DNA of 64,000 nt from Antedon mediterranea. Its lineage: Eukaryota; Animalia; Echinodermata. Numbering within the stretch: position 1 is the first letter of the stretch; each line of letters begins with the position of its first letter. The stretch covers positions 4,278,001 through 4,342,000 of the forward strand of contig NC_092673.1 of NCBI RefSeq assembly GCF_964355755.1. The letters are read 5' to 3'. This document shows, one piece after another, positions 14,463 to 27,552 of the stretch. A program made the translations under genes and the position numbers. The notes below the pieces were generated by a model. The model worked only from the letters and a program-made list of their open reading frames with translations. It was not told the origin of the DNA and searched no databases.

Positions 14463-14749
14463 CTAAAAACAAAGCAAAGTTTAATAGCCGATTCATTAAA
14501 TGTATTTTCATTTATCATAGTATGAAATTCTCCCAAGAAACTATGTAGCTACTATATTCTTTTTTATCTAGGATTACAGAAAACGGTACGTAATTAGAGA
14601 AATTTAGATTCAATTAGTTGGCTATACAAGGATGTTGAGCATGGGTGGGAGGGGACAGCCACCTTTACTATCTTCTACAAAGTCTAAAAAGTTCCTAGAC
14701 TTCTCTAGCTACATTCTTGTTAAAATGTTTTTATGTATACTGTACTTAC

Positions 14750-14821
14750 AACGTTTGCAGGAAATTCATGTGACTAAATGTAGTACTTTTTATACTCGTC
14801 AGGTTGTTACTATTAAGTGTA
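14750..14821 (-). CDS. slit: slit exon 7, 72-bp single LRR
   Basis: cag|T...TT|gtaag; TLNSNNLTSIKSTTFSHMNFLQT(L); phase 2-2; Slit-typical TLNxNN...FxHM. Confidence 0.93.
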
Positions 14822-15823
14822 CTGCAAAAAAGAACACACGAAAATGGAAAAGTGAGGTTAGTTGGCCTAATTATCTTAAATAGATTACACCACTACTTGC
14901 CCTTTCAACCTGGTGATTTCAGGATGTTTTTATTTTGCAAAAGCTAATATGGATTAGTAAAGCTTAGCACATATCAATTGGAACTAGGTTAATGTTATAA
15001 GACAATACTTGGGACATTTACAAAGCACTTAATATTTGCTATCCCACTGATCCCAAATTGATCTCTCATAACCTTCCATCAGGGGACATGGCGGTAGGAG
15101 GAGAGCAATTATAGTCTACACATTGTGGTGAACACTTGGCTATAAACATCCAATTAAGAACGATGTTATAATGCACCTTTACATAAACACAGCTAGACTC
15201 GTACAATCATACACAGTCAAACATGTCAACTGTTTGCAAACACTACAAAACATCTTCATCTAGCATCATGATGTATAGTTAACATGAAATTGAAATGCTT
15301 GCAAAGATTATGAAACAGTCCTGGTAATAATATGATTTCTTATATGGTCCTTGTTAAGAGCAACATTTTAAGATGGTAAGAATCCAAAATTTCAATCCCA
15401 GAGTCACCTCTTAAGTTCTACTTTGTATTTACTTTTGTTTGTTTTCTGCATACTGGATACAAAATAACACTATGCCTAGCCCATCTTCCAGCCTTTATCT
15501 GTTAAATTGCTATGAGGGGTTTTACATCAAACAGAAAATCTTTTGGTCAACTCCTTCTTGGACGTAGCAGTCGATCGACAAGATATTAAATTAAATTAAG
15601 TATATTCTTTAGTGTAACATCTGTACAGCATAACCATGTGAACCAGAGTTAAATATTTGCATAATGAAGCGTTGGGCGGGTGAGCTAATGATAATTAAAA
15701 GATGATGTTTCATTAATGACAGGTGCTGGATACCTTACCCCAGAGGAGCATACCAGTAAGCATGTTAAGAGGAGGCAGCTGCTACGATTATGACGCAGTG
15801 AAGGTATGTTCAAAACAGGAATA

Positions 15824-15922
15824 CAGTAGAACCTCTAAAATGGGACATCATCAAGACCAAATACAATGTCATAGGGATGTCCGCTGAATAGGGAGAATGT
15901 CTTGATGGAGGGGTTCTAGTTG
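15824..15922. mobile_element. Degenerate Tc1/mariner-pogo (Tigger-like) MITE
   Basis: TA|CAGTAGAACCTCT ... GGAGGGGTTCTAGTTG imperfect inverted termini. More decayed look-alikes near 39880-40050 and 47530-47600. Confidence 0.45.
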
Positions 15923-16030
15923 ATATAGATCAATGATCTATCACATAGACATAGATGGAAATATATGGTATTAATTAAGTAAAGGGTATTTCATTCATAA
16001 TTTTCATATCATTTATGCTAAATCACTTAC

Positions 16031-16102
16031 AGCATTTCCATCATTCTGAGTGGTCGGAATGCACCGTCCATAAGACACACAATCTTGTTGTGATCAAGTT
16101 TC
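16031..16102 (-). CDS. slit: slit exon 6, 72-bp single LRR
   Basis: tag|G...CT|gtaag; KLDHNKIVCLMDGAFRPLRMMEM(L); phase 2-2; keeps the Slit LDxNxIxCxxDGAFRxLR pattern. Confidence 0.94.
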
Positions 16103-16742
16103 CTAGAAAACAATGCAGATTTCACATTAATAAACCAAATTCTAAATTAATAATGTATATCTGGATAGATTAATCTACCTTTATGAAAGAGTTCAAAAAA
16201 GCCATAAAAGAATGACAGAGTAAAGATTAATAAGTTGGCATTTCAACACAGGGTTTAAGATCTAATAAAGATATTATATTTATAAACACAAGCTCATATG
16301 AAACAATGGAAACGGAGATCTCATGTATACATCTCTTTTATATTAAAATTGTATCGAAATTTATAGTTATATTTCTTTCTATTTAAATACTGTATTTATA
16401 CTGTTTTGTATAATTGTCTATTTATAAATGTTTAAACTGTTTGAACATTTATGAGCGATAATCCAGGAATTTTTAAACATCAAAAATCGATATAAAAAGT
16501 ATTAAATCATTTAATTTCAGCTGCCACAAAGAGAGGAAAACACACCATACTGCTACCCCATGGAACTGCTCCTGATTATTTAGACATCATTTTAGTAATT
16601 CAGTAACTAAAATAAATGTTTAATCTTTTAACACCAAAAAATAAGGGTAAATTATTAACTATTTTTTACAGATTTAAAGTTCAAAGAAATGCTGTTACTG
16701 TCATTCAATCATGATAATGGATAAATTATTTAATCTACTTAC

Positions 16743-16814
16743 AAGTTGCGAAGAGCACTTGCGCCCCGGAACATTTTTCTTGATATGATAACCAACTCAT
16801 TATCGGAAAGATCT
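16743..16814 (-). CDS. slit: slit exon 5, 72-bp single LRR
   Basis: cag|A...TT|gtaag; DLSDNELVIISRKMFRGASALRN(L); phase 2-2; Slit-typical RKxFRGA. Confidence 0.94.
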
Positions 16815-17352
16815 CTGCAAAAAATAAATAAAAAAAACATTTAAATATTAAACTTATGTATCTACCTATTAACCCACAAAGATCTACTGTTAGAAGCCAA
16901 AAATGAAGAAAAAGTACATTAACAATATGTTATTTTGAAATCCAATTTTTCAATTTCATAAACATTTATTTAGTCAAAAAATACAAAGAAATATAGAATA
17001 TCGATTGTTTTTTGAAAAAGAAAAGAATTCAGAAATATTTTGTAAACAATGCTATTAATATTTATTAGAATTTAGGCCATAATTTACAGTACATTTTTAT
17101 GTAATTTATGCACGTTAAATAACATGAGTTAAACGAAAGTCGCTGTTCGAGAGTCAATTATAACAAACAATGTTGATGAAAATACTCATGCTGCTGATAA
17201 TAATTTGTTTTGTAAACATTAATAAAGAAATAATGATGATAAGGGTGAAAATACATTCAGTGAATTACTTGCAAAAGGCATGACAATTGTGGTATACAAA
17301 AAATTATAACATCAATTCATGTGCATCAAATTTGTCATAAATGATAGTGGTG

Positions 17353-17613
17353 TTTTTTTTTTTTTTTTTTTTTTTAAACCATATTTAATGAGGGTGATCC
17401 ATCCAGCAATTGCTGATCATTAGGGACCCAACCCTCAGAGGTTCACAAGACAAACATATACACAAGATGCTCTACATAAACAAAGTCTTATTACAAGTCC
17501 TTGGGAGTGGAGTTGTAATTTGGTCCTTAGAAAAATCCTGACATGTGACGGGACTTGAATCCAGGACCCTTGGAGTGGTAGCCAAGCATCATAACCACCA
17601 AGCCACAACTCCA
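17353..17613 (-). mobile_element. tRNA-derived SINE with poly(A) tail
   Basis: Minus strand: TGGAGTTGTGGCTTGGTGG (A box) ... GGATTCAAGTCCC (B box); poly-T run of about 22 nt on the + strand at 17353-17374. Confidence 0.65.
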
Positions 17614-18767
17614 CTGATAAAAATTGATAATAAAATACATACTCCCTCCAGTATCATCCAGTACAACAGGAAGTCAAGAAGATAATTTTATCTTGTATTT
17701 TTTTAGATGTTTTTATATGAATGGTTTTATGCTATATTTGTTTTTATTGTGTTTTCTTTGTTATTATGACGAGCAATGAATTTCCTTTTTGAGGATCAAT
17801 AAAAGTTATCTTATCTTATCTCTTATCTTATACATAAAGTTCATCTGTCTATAAGAACTGTATACAATTAGCATTGATAGACGAATTAATACATCTAGAT
17901 TAAACTAGTACGGTGACAAGATAATTATGTGGAGACATGGCACAATGGTTGAACGTATTAAAGTTGTAGAAACATCTCAAACAAAATGAGTTATTGTTCT
18001 AATAACAGTTGTTTTATCTCCCGATCAATTATACCCGGACCAGATTGTCTAGGCAGTCTGAATAAATAATGCAAACACTTGAATTTGTGCATTCTTCACG
18101 CTTTGTTCCAGATCTCAGATATTTTAGTGCAATCTCCTCAAAGCAGTCTGATGTACCAGATCAATAGCAAGACATTAGCAAGATGATTGAGTCAGGCTAA
18201 TTAAGTTGATAAAATGGCCATTTTCATTCATAACAAATGTAGTGATGATATATCCATTGACAACCTCAGGAGGTAAACACCCTAAGTTTAAACTATAAAC
18301 ATTCAATTTCAACCCATTAATGTCTTCAATAATATTCTAGATTACGTTAAATAATTCAACAACTTGTCAACAAGAGTTTTATGATTTTTAAAACATCAGG
18401 AATGATACTAGGTGGAGGAATGTGTTGACAGAAATATTATTAATGTGGTAGCTATACGATTTATGTTTTCAAGAACTGTTAAAGATGTTTACCAAATGAA
18501 ATGACAGTTACATTGAACTGAACCCTGTTGCCTTTGTATCTCAATTACTTTATTTACTGTAAATCAATATTTTTTTAATGTATTTTTTTTAATCGCAATC
18601 ATTTTTTAAGGTTGAGTCAAAACTTAAGAATTTCAAGATTTTTAAACAATAACTTCGGTGAATACTACTAGTACCATAGATTTTTCCCCCATAATTTGAT
18701 TTATGCAGTTAATGACATGCACAATACCATAGCCCTGTAGATGTGAACACATCCTGAATGACCCTTA

Positions 18768-18891
18768 AGCTCTGTCTACACTATAAAAAAAGGTGTTATG
18801 TGCCCAAATATGGTAGTGATATGCGCAAATATGGTGGTCATATGACATCATCATGTCCATTATGGGCACATTTTTCAGAGTAGTCAGAGCT
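18768..18891. mobile_element. MITE family 1, copy C (opposite orientation, internally deleted)
   Basis: TTA|AGCTCTGTCTACACTAT...CAGAGCT|TTA with the family interior. Confidence 0.8.
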
Positions 18892-21199
18892 TTAACAACG
18901 CAAAAAATATGCAAGGTAAAATAGAAAGTAGAAATAGAAGGTATTAAAGAAATTATGCAATTTACAAGGTAGAGACGCTTTTAAGTTTTCATCTGTCTTA
19001 TGATGATGTATTTTCACCAAGAACAAACATGCTAGACCTTGATTAAGCAGCTAATCTGCCTATACAATTAACTAGAGATACTCAACACTTGTTTAGAATT
19101 AACAAATACGAAGCCAGATAGGGTCCCTGGAAGCTTTTAGCCTGACACCAGTCTAGACTCACAGGTGACAAGGTGGTCTTAATGGGTATTCACATTGCTT
19201 CATTACAAGCCTAGCCTATAGACACTCCAGAGCTATATAGGATGCTTGCACTGTGTCTAGAGACGGTTACAATGCAGGATTAAGGATTAGAAGCCAGTGG
19301 AACTTATTGTCCAATTATAATTTAATTACTTCTTCATAGGTATTAGATATCATCCTAGCCTACACTGGGATGACTGTCATGGTTTGCACATTTATTAGAT
19401 TTTTTAGATGTTACAAACAATTAAAACATTCATCCTTATGGTTAAACTAAAGCTTAAATTTGCAGTGAGAAATTGCTTCATGGAAACCAGTTTTGACTAT
19501 CAAGACCAGAATCAATTAGGTTCTTTAAAACCGTTTTTTAAGTTTGGTTCTTTCTTAGTAGTTGTTTGAGTGGGCCTATTTTCTGATGGCAATAAAAACG
19601 GCTCTTGAAAATAATGCTTTTAAGTCTTTTTCTGTCATTTTCTTTTAAATTAACAAAAAAATATTTACTGCACCAAAACTAACAGTGACAAGTGTTTTTT
19701 AAATTTAATTGTCATTGAAAGGAATTTCTTTGCTATAAAATTGACACATAAAATAAAAATTACAAAATAGTAATAGCCAACTTTTATTTTAAAATTGTAT
19801 AACATATGAATTCCATCAAACTGGGTCGAAAGGAAAGGAATTTAAAAAGTATATACTTATTATATAGCATGTTTGGAAAGACTTGAGAACAATATAATAT
19901 AAATCCATTACATAGCTCAGGATTAAGCCTTCTATATCCTTTGTTATATTAAGGTTTTACACTGTGTTATCAGAGATAGCACTTTATATAGAAAAAACAA
20001 TCAGCATTTGAAAGAATCCTTTAAAAAAACACAGTTTTGGAAGGTTAATGGGCTATTACTCACCTGATAATGATCTGTAATTGGCCAAAGAGAAGTAAAG
20101 TTATTTATGTTCAATTCAAAGGTTTTCAGTGATGTGGATTACAATTTGTCAAATCCAAGGTAAACTACACAAAACTTCATATAAATTGTAAAATGTATTT
20201 AAAATTATACTTTTAAAACTTCCTTATATAGGGATGAATGCTAACATGTTGCCCCATTTCTTAAATATTAAATAGTGCACTGAATGTTGAATGGATAAGT
20301 TACATCATTCTCTCTTTAAAATTTTGCATCTGCACTTAATCATTTAATCATCAACACATTCCCTATACGAAATATCAATTTAATTGATTCGTAAAATATA
20401 TTAAAATCACAAAATCTATTCTATTTAGTAGGTATTCCTTAATGTGCCTGTTATGCTTTAATGTATAAAAGGCAACCTAGACAGATAACCTAGCACCAAA
20501 CACTGCACATAATACATTTAACATCTTTAATTAGGCTTGACAGAAGCTCTGGAGACATTGCAATTCCTCATTTTATACTGCCATTATAAAGGGATTAATT
20601 TTCCATTTTAGTGGCAATAGAGAAAACCAATTAGACAGTATATCCACTGTTTTAAAGTATTTTCTTTTAGCTTATAAAATGTATTTTTATGTTTGTGGAC
20701 AAGGTAAACAAACACTCATTTAAATTAACCATGCCCTTTTAATCCTTTGACCTAATGCTTTATGTGTTGTACCTCTCCACTTATCAATGAAGTAAACAGT
20801 GTTCCTTAAACAACATATCCACTTGTCTATTGTTTAGTAACACCTGTAATAGGTAGATAAATCCAATGTATTCTGAAATCAATGTTCTGGACACTTTGAA
20901 GACGGCCTTTGAGTCGAGACTCAAACACAAAAGTTATGCTTGTTGTCCTTTAATCATTAACATTCTAAGGTGTGTTTGTTGTTGGGATCTAGTAATCCTT
21001 CTTTAATCTCATGGAATATGTGGTTACTACCTCTTCATCAAACCTCAGGTGTGCGCACCTTTATTCTTTTACCAGAGCAATTGTTTGACTGCTCATTGAT
21101 GAAAATGAGGATAAAACAACTCCAGGTGCAATATGATGAATGTACACAAGCATAAATAAATACAATCAGTAGGATTAAATCTACACAAAAAGTTATTTA

Positions 21200-21275
21200 A
21201 GTTCTGTTTACACTATCAAACTTTATGTGACAAAAAAGTGTGATGAGCCAAAATATGGTCTGTTTTATAGTGATA
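21200..21275. mobile_element. MITE family 1, degenerate partial copy D
   Basis: AGTTCTGTTTACACTATCAAACTTTATGTGACAAAAAAGTGTGATG matches the family terminus; right end decayed. Confidence 0.65.
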
Positions 21276-23613
21276 ACAAACACAATATTTGGATGCTTAT
21301 TGTTTAAATTTACATGCCAATTGAGTATAATGAATGATTCTCTAGTTTTATCATTGGATATTTTAATAGCAATATGAACCTTGTTATCTATGCATAATAA
21401 AGTGTACACACATTAAACACATTAAAATAATAATTCATAAATAGGTCAACATTATTTTTGAAATACCTAGAAAATGTAACTGAATTTCAATGACAAGTTC
21501 TGAAGTTTCAAGGTCAGGAAAGTATAATTACATTACAAGATAAAGACAAGATCAAAAATAGAATGACAATCAAACAAAAAGCCACATTTATAATGAAGGC
21601 CAACAGGAGACAAACTGGAGTCACTACTAATGTATAATGTAACAAACTTACTAAATTCTGCGAGTGTAATTTTCTAAATTACTATGATATCTAAAAATAA
21701 CAACTAATAACTTGTAGAAAAGAGCAGGGGTCTATATAATTATTCAAACAACTGTATAAAACATCTGGGGCGCCCACAGTGATGTACTTTGTCAATTGTT
21801 AGCCACCCGTATTGGTCTTAGAAGGAGTCGACGCATCAGCACAGTGGGGACGACAATAGTTCAAAGCATTCCAAATCAAACAAATTCTTTTCCAGATTCT
21901 GATTGGATAAATTTATCGCAGTATGAATTTGTATCATTGGGATTTTGGATAAACATAAATTTAAAACATGTGTGAATGGGTTATATAAAAGTTGAGGTAG
22001 TAACTAGTGTGACGTAGGCCTACTGTACCTACTTTGATTTTATGCCTAAAATAATTGGTTCCATTTGTGTTGTGTTGCTATTAAATGGATGATGACACAA
22101 CCCCTCTTGAAAAACTCAGTTTTAAGACCCTCGGAAAGAAAGACATTGTATTGTTAGCTTTGAGTATGAACTTAAAATGTCTGTCCCAGATTCAGAGTAC
22201 ATTCTTCTTTTCTGTCAATTGTAAAATTTGAACTTTCAATATTAATTAAATTCAAAATTTATATTTCAGTATGACATGTGAAAATGTTTGAGTTTCAATT
22301 GTTAAATCAATGATCTTCTAAAACTTTGAACAACAGTATTATAATATACCTGCATTATAATACTTTTTATATCTCTAGGCAATTCTCATCTTCTTAATTG
22401 ATATTCCAACAACTATATTTCCGTCATTTTCTGATTGGTTGAGGAAAAATTAAACACAAAATAACATAACTGTTTCTTAATGTCTATATTTTTTCCAACA
22501 AAATATCTTGATGATTGATAAATTTGGAAAAAAGTATATCAAATAATTACGACCTATCAACCCTTCCCATAACCCCTCACTAGAGGTCACATTGCAGCCA
22601 TACAGACCCACTTCTTTTAAGAGTCAATGCTTGTTAGACTTGCCCCTAGGGAAACTATACAGCAACTTTACAACATTTGACATATGAAATATTTCTATGA
22701 ATGTGGAACATGACTTAAACGAAAGTTTTTTAGGTAAAAATATAAATCATTTATGGAAAAAAATCCCTAATGCAGGTTCTCTTTTTCAGTTTTTACCATC
22801 TACCTAAATTAAGAGGCATGCAGGTTTTATCTAAAAATCAAGAGGGCAAGACTACCTTTCAAAAATTATTTTTTAGTTTTACATGGACACTTACTATTAC
22901 AATCATTTAACAAACTCAACTACAAAAGAGTTTTGTTAAGTTTTAATACTTTATATTACTGTTTTTTACAATCACAGAATCAACAGGTTTTCTATTTTTG
23001 GTTTTCTTACTAATATAACAATTACGCAATTATTACAAAGAATCGCTTTAGAAATTGGTTAGCCCTAGTGAGCGGTTAATAAGTGCCAGGTGCCTGCCAC
23101 CAATTTTACATCTGTAGCGTATATTGTGACGGGATTCTATTGAGTCAAAGTTGACCAAATTAGACAAATTTGCACGCGATACAACAACGAGAATATGTTT
23201 GTTATCCGGTACAGTATAAACAAACATTAATTAAGATCAGCAGTTATTTAATTTGTAAATACCGTTTTCATTGGACTGTGTTTTAGCGTCAGTGGGGATC
23301 TAGAGTAATTAGCACTAATTGACTGTTAATCATCAAAATTCAAATTGGTTTCAAAATCATTTTCACAGTTGGACATCAATAGAAATGTGTTTCAATTTAT
23401 GTATGGTAGTTCATGGTAATTTTTTTTCTTCAAAATTTATTTACACTTTACGTTAAAACCTTAGGGGTATTTAAACAATACAGGTAGGAGGTCGCTCAGA
23501 TCTGTAACATCCACGCCATCTTAATTTATCATTAGCTGAAAAGAGGCACACAATAACAAGATGAACCATCAAAGGCCTCTAAATCTTACAGTCAAAACAT
23601 ACAACTTTTATAT

Positions 23614-23710
23614 ACTAGTACATCACAGCCACTGTTCATAACTGAGGCATCTGGGGGACAATTCTTTGGTTGCCCAGTATAAATAAATAATAACAAACAA
23701 ATAACAAACA
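23614..23710 (+). mobile_element. 5'-truncated 3' fragment of the SINE at 12724
   Basis: TAGTACATCACAGCCACTG..CA..ACTG.G.C..CTGGG.GAC...CC.GTATAAATA aligns with about 12942-13020; followed by an A-rich tail. Confidence 0.7.
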
Positions 23711-24506
23711 TCCCAGATAGAACATCTTTATCAGTGCTTCTATGAATACATAACTTTCCACAAGAAATGCTAGCAGACCAGACACAGTACGATTTTAATT
23801 TGATAAAGATAAGTTGATTTGGTACCCTAAACAATTTGCATTGAGACGAAGTATTGCTCATCACCACTTTCTCTCTCTTTATAAAAGTTACAGCAGATAA
23901 AAATAAAGATTTGACCAAACTTTGAGCAGAATTCCTCTTATCTTTACAAACCAGTCAAGTTCTATCACTTTATACCACATCTATTGCTTGTTTCTTTGCT
24001 AGAAATGTATCATAAACACACATTTCTTTACAATAACCCTTGAGTTATTTCAGTTTAGGAAGTTGTTTTTATTTGAAAAGATTTTTTAAAACAGCTGAAT
24101 GAATTTACTGCAATGATAAAACCAATCAAACTGCAAACATCCCTGAATTGTCACACACAAGTGTTGCAAAATCAGTAATGTCATGACATACATTAAAATA
24201 TCTTATGATTTATAATGTCTACATGTCTTCTCTATAAAAAAATCTATTTCCTAGATTTGTGAACAAATATTAATAGATCTATCTACAGATGCTGAGAAAG
24301 GAGATTTAATAACTGATAGAAAATTAATACATCTACATCTAAACAAAATTTGTAAATTTTATTCATGTAAACTTATGGGGTCATTCTTTAAATTTTTATA
24401 TTATCTCAAATATATACGGCTTTTGGATTGGTCATTGCATCGAAATATTCACAAATTTAACAGGTTGGCCTATATATGATCACAATTCTAAGAACGAATA
24501 GAATAA

Positions 24507-24732
24507 AGCTCTGTCTACACTATTAAACTAGTTTGACAAAAAAGTGTGATGTGCCCAAATATGGTAGTGATGTGCCCAAATATGGTAATGATGTGCCCAA
24601 ATATGGTAGTGATGTGCCCAAATATGGTAGTGATGTGCCCAAATATGGTAGTGATGTGCCCAAATATGGTATTAATATGACATCATCATGTCCATATATG
24701 GTCACATTACATTTGATAGCGTTGACAGAGCT
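24507..24732. mobile_element. MITE family 1, copy E with expanded internal 21-bp minisatellite
   Basis: Family TIRs; six near-perfect GTGATGTGCCCAAATATGGTA units at 24546-24671. Confidence 0.88.
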
Positions 24733-27398
24733 TTAGGATTTGTACTTGTTGGAAAGAGGCTACTGTAAATGTTCTAAATTTTAACATTTTACAGTGCACC
24801 ACTAAAAAACTTAGGTACCATCACCCTTCAAACATAGTGATTGTAAAACAGGATTGATTTAATGAATAGGAACTCATTTTTCAGTGTAATTAGCATATTT
24901 AAAAGGAGTTGACGAAAGGGCTTTTTTTTAAACGTGATTCGTTCGACTCCCACAAACATTAAGTTTTATTCCTGACTAGTTGTACTATGCAGTTGACATC
25001 TACAACACTTGACAATGGTTCACATGTTTTGAACAATCAAAATACAGGAATGTTATGACACAAATAAAGGTGAAATCTGTTAACATTTCAAATGAAATGT
25101 CTCATGAAGTAATTCAAATATTGGAATTTCAATGTCCATCAGGAGAATGATGCGTCACTATACCAGCTGCTTTACTACATCAGTACCTACACAGAGGTAC
25201 GGTACCCGAAATTGACATAACCTCATCATATCAGACATGACAAAATCTGTTTTTACAAATTACAAGAGCTGACCAACTAGATACACTTCGGAGCAATCTA
25301 ATGGGCACAGGAGTGACCAATTGACCTCGACTTTGACAATAAAAAAAATCTATGGGGCTTCTAAAACATCATGTAGTCAGAGTTTAACTTGTTATTGGAA
25401 CCAATCCCAATTGATGGTCTATTTTAAGACTGGCTGATCCCAATTAAATTCTACATCTGTAATTAGATAATCTAATTAATCAACATATTTTAAATTATTC
25501 AAACGCTCTCCAGCGCTTTTGCTAACAACAGAACTAGGTATGTATAGAATTGTAGCACAGTTTTCACATTGTGGCTGCTGTATTTGTTTTTCCAAGGTCT
25601 TGGGGTTATTTTCCAATGTAAATATCCGTTAAATATTCAATACTTGGTTTAAAGAGTTGATAGTATAGTGTCAGGAAAAATAACCATTAGTGAGATGAGC
25701 TTTATACTGTAATGTATTTGTACTGAAGCTATAACTTGAGATCAAACCAGTCCTATATTCTGACCCAATAGCAATTTGGAGAGAGACATCATAAATTCTA
25801 AAAACTAATATTTTATTTTGTGGCTATTAACACTTTTGGACCACCCTTGATTTTTTATTTTACAAGTCAACCAATAAGCTTGCATTGTCATCAATTAATT
25901 AAATCAATCAAATTACACTTAATTATTTCAGTGACCTTAAGATGATTAAATTAACTAAAAATGATACCGATACTTCTGATAATCATTATATAGCGTGAGA
26001 GAAGGTCAAAAGTGTACTAAGAAGTCCACTGCTACCACAGATACTGATTCCTAATCTTCCTGTGAAAATTCACCATATGTCATAGGGTGAAATTTAGACA
26101 CCTTCTTGGCAATAAAATGCGGGCCAGAAATTGTCACAGCACTGTTGATTTCAGGTTATCTATAGTGACAATCTTACTAGATAATTCAGTCACTTAAAAC
26201 TGTACTTCCATAATTTAATTATCTATAAAAACTAACATCTTGGAATATTATCAGGGGAAATAATTTGGAGCGATAGTTCCTTGAGTGCTGAAGTTTGGTC
26301 AGAGTGATGACAACTGAAAGTCCGGTGATCGTGTATGATAGTTTGAATTATGGAGATATTAGAAGACAAACTAATTTATTAATGCGGACAGAAAAATAAT
26401 TAAATATTCAGGGTTTTTTTTTGTGTAAAAACATTTCAAAATGTCAACTTATTGATAAAATCAACAAAAGAAAACTATATGAAACGAGAACGCATAAAAA
26501 TACAGTATCTTTTTTATAAATACTCAAATTTATATGCAAATCAGATTAAATGGGAATTAAAATTCCATGACTATAGTGACCAAGTGTTCGAGCTAAAATC
26601 CTAAATTATTTAGTACAATCTAGAATAGAATTGTTTTATCATGGTTAGGATAAAACTTCTTTAATCCTCTTACACAGGACATATAGGGCACTTTGTATTT
26701 TATTTCTGTGTGTAGTAAAATAACCTTGCTGTTATATTTTAAATAAAATATAGTTTTATACTTTGACGAACTTGTATTCAATTTAACAAACAGACTTTGC
26801 TGTGTTGACTATCAGTTCCTACTATCAAATTAAATAATCTTAAAGTGTCCGTAATTCAATAAAGACCCTGAACTAACAAACCGCCCTTCAATTGGTGCTT
26901 AATTTCACACGATTTTTTCATCGCCGAGGTTAAAAACAAAATTTGCTTTTCAGGAATGACAAAAAATAACTACTGAAAAATGTTTATCTCTTACCCTAAG
27001 GAAAAAAGACAGAGCTAGTATGCATATTGAGGCTAGGTCTCTAAGCTAGTACGTTGAGGCCACGTTCTCTGCCATGCTCAAACCTACAACTTTAGGCTAA
27101 AAACATTGAATTATTGTTTTTATTTATTTTAGCGAAATTAGCTTTTGAAAAATAAAATAAACTAAACACAGATCGGAAAAATGAATGACAGTTTTGATAA
27201 ATAAATATTGGCTAGATTTACATTTTAATTGTAACTAAACAAACTTGGGAGTACAACACACCCAAATTAAAACATACCGGTACTTAATTATTAATTAGTA
27301 AGTATCAATAATAAAGACAGTATCAAATTTAAAACTTTTTATATGAATTTTAAGCAATTATATAAATATTATAAAACTATACCATTATTACACAAAAT

Positions 27399-27552
27399 AA
27401 TCAAACTTAATGTGACAAAAAATGTTATGCTCCATATATGAACATGATGATGTCATCACTACCATATTTGGGTACATCGCTACCAAATTTGGGCACATAA
27501 CACTTTTCTTCTGTCTACACTATCAAACTAGTTTGACAGTGTAGACAGGGCA
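27399..27552. mobile_element. MITE family 1, rearranged copy F
   Basis: Family interior with truncated left TIR; right end is a TIR-TIR palindrome at 27511-27548. Confidence 0.75.

Noticed and set aside
24523-24736. ORFs with LPYLGTS / DVPKYGS repeats and a CRISPR-like look
   Set aside because: Translation of a 21-bp tandem repeat inside a MITE; no spacers, no cas genes, eukaryotic context.
26990-27010. Recursive-splice-like site in intron 4 (tcttttttccttagggtaag on the minus strand)
   Set aside because: One extra G separates the AG from GTAAG, so it is not a canonical AG|GT ratchet point.
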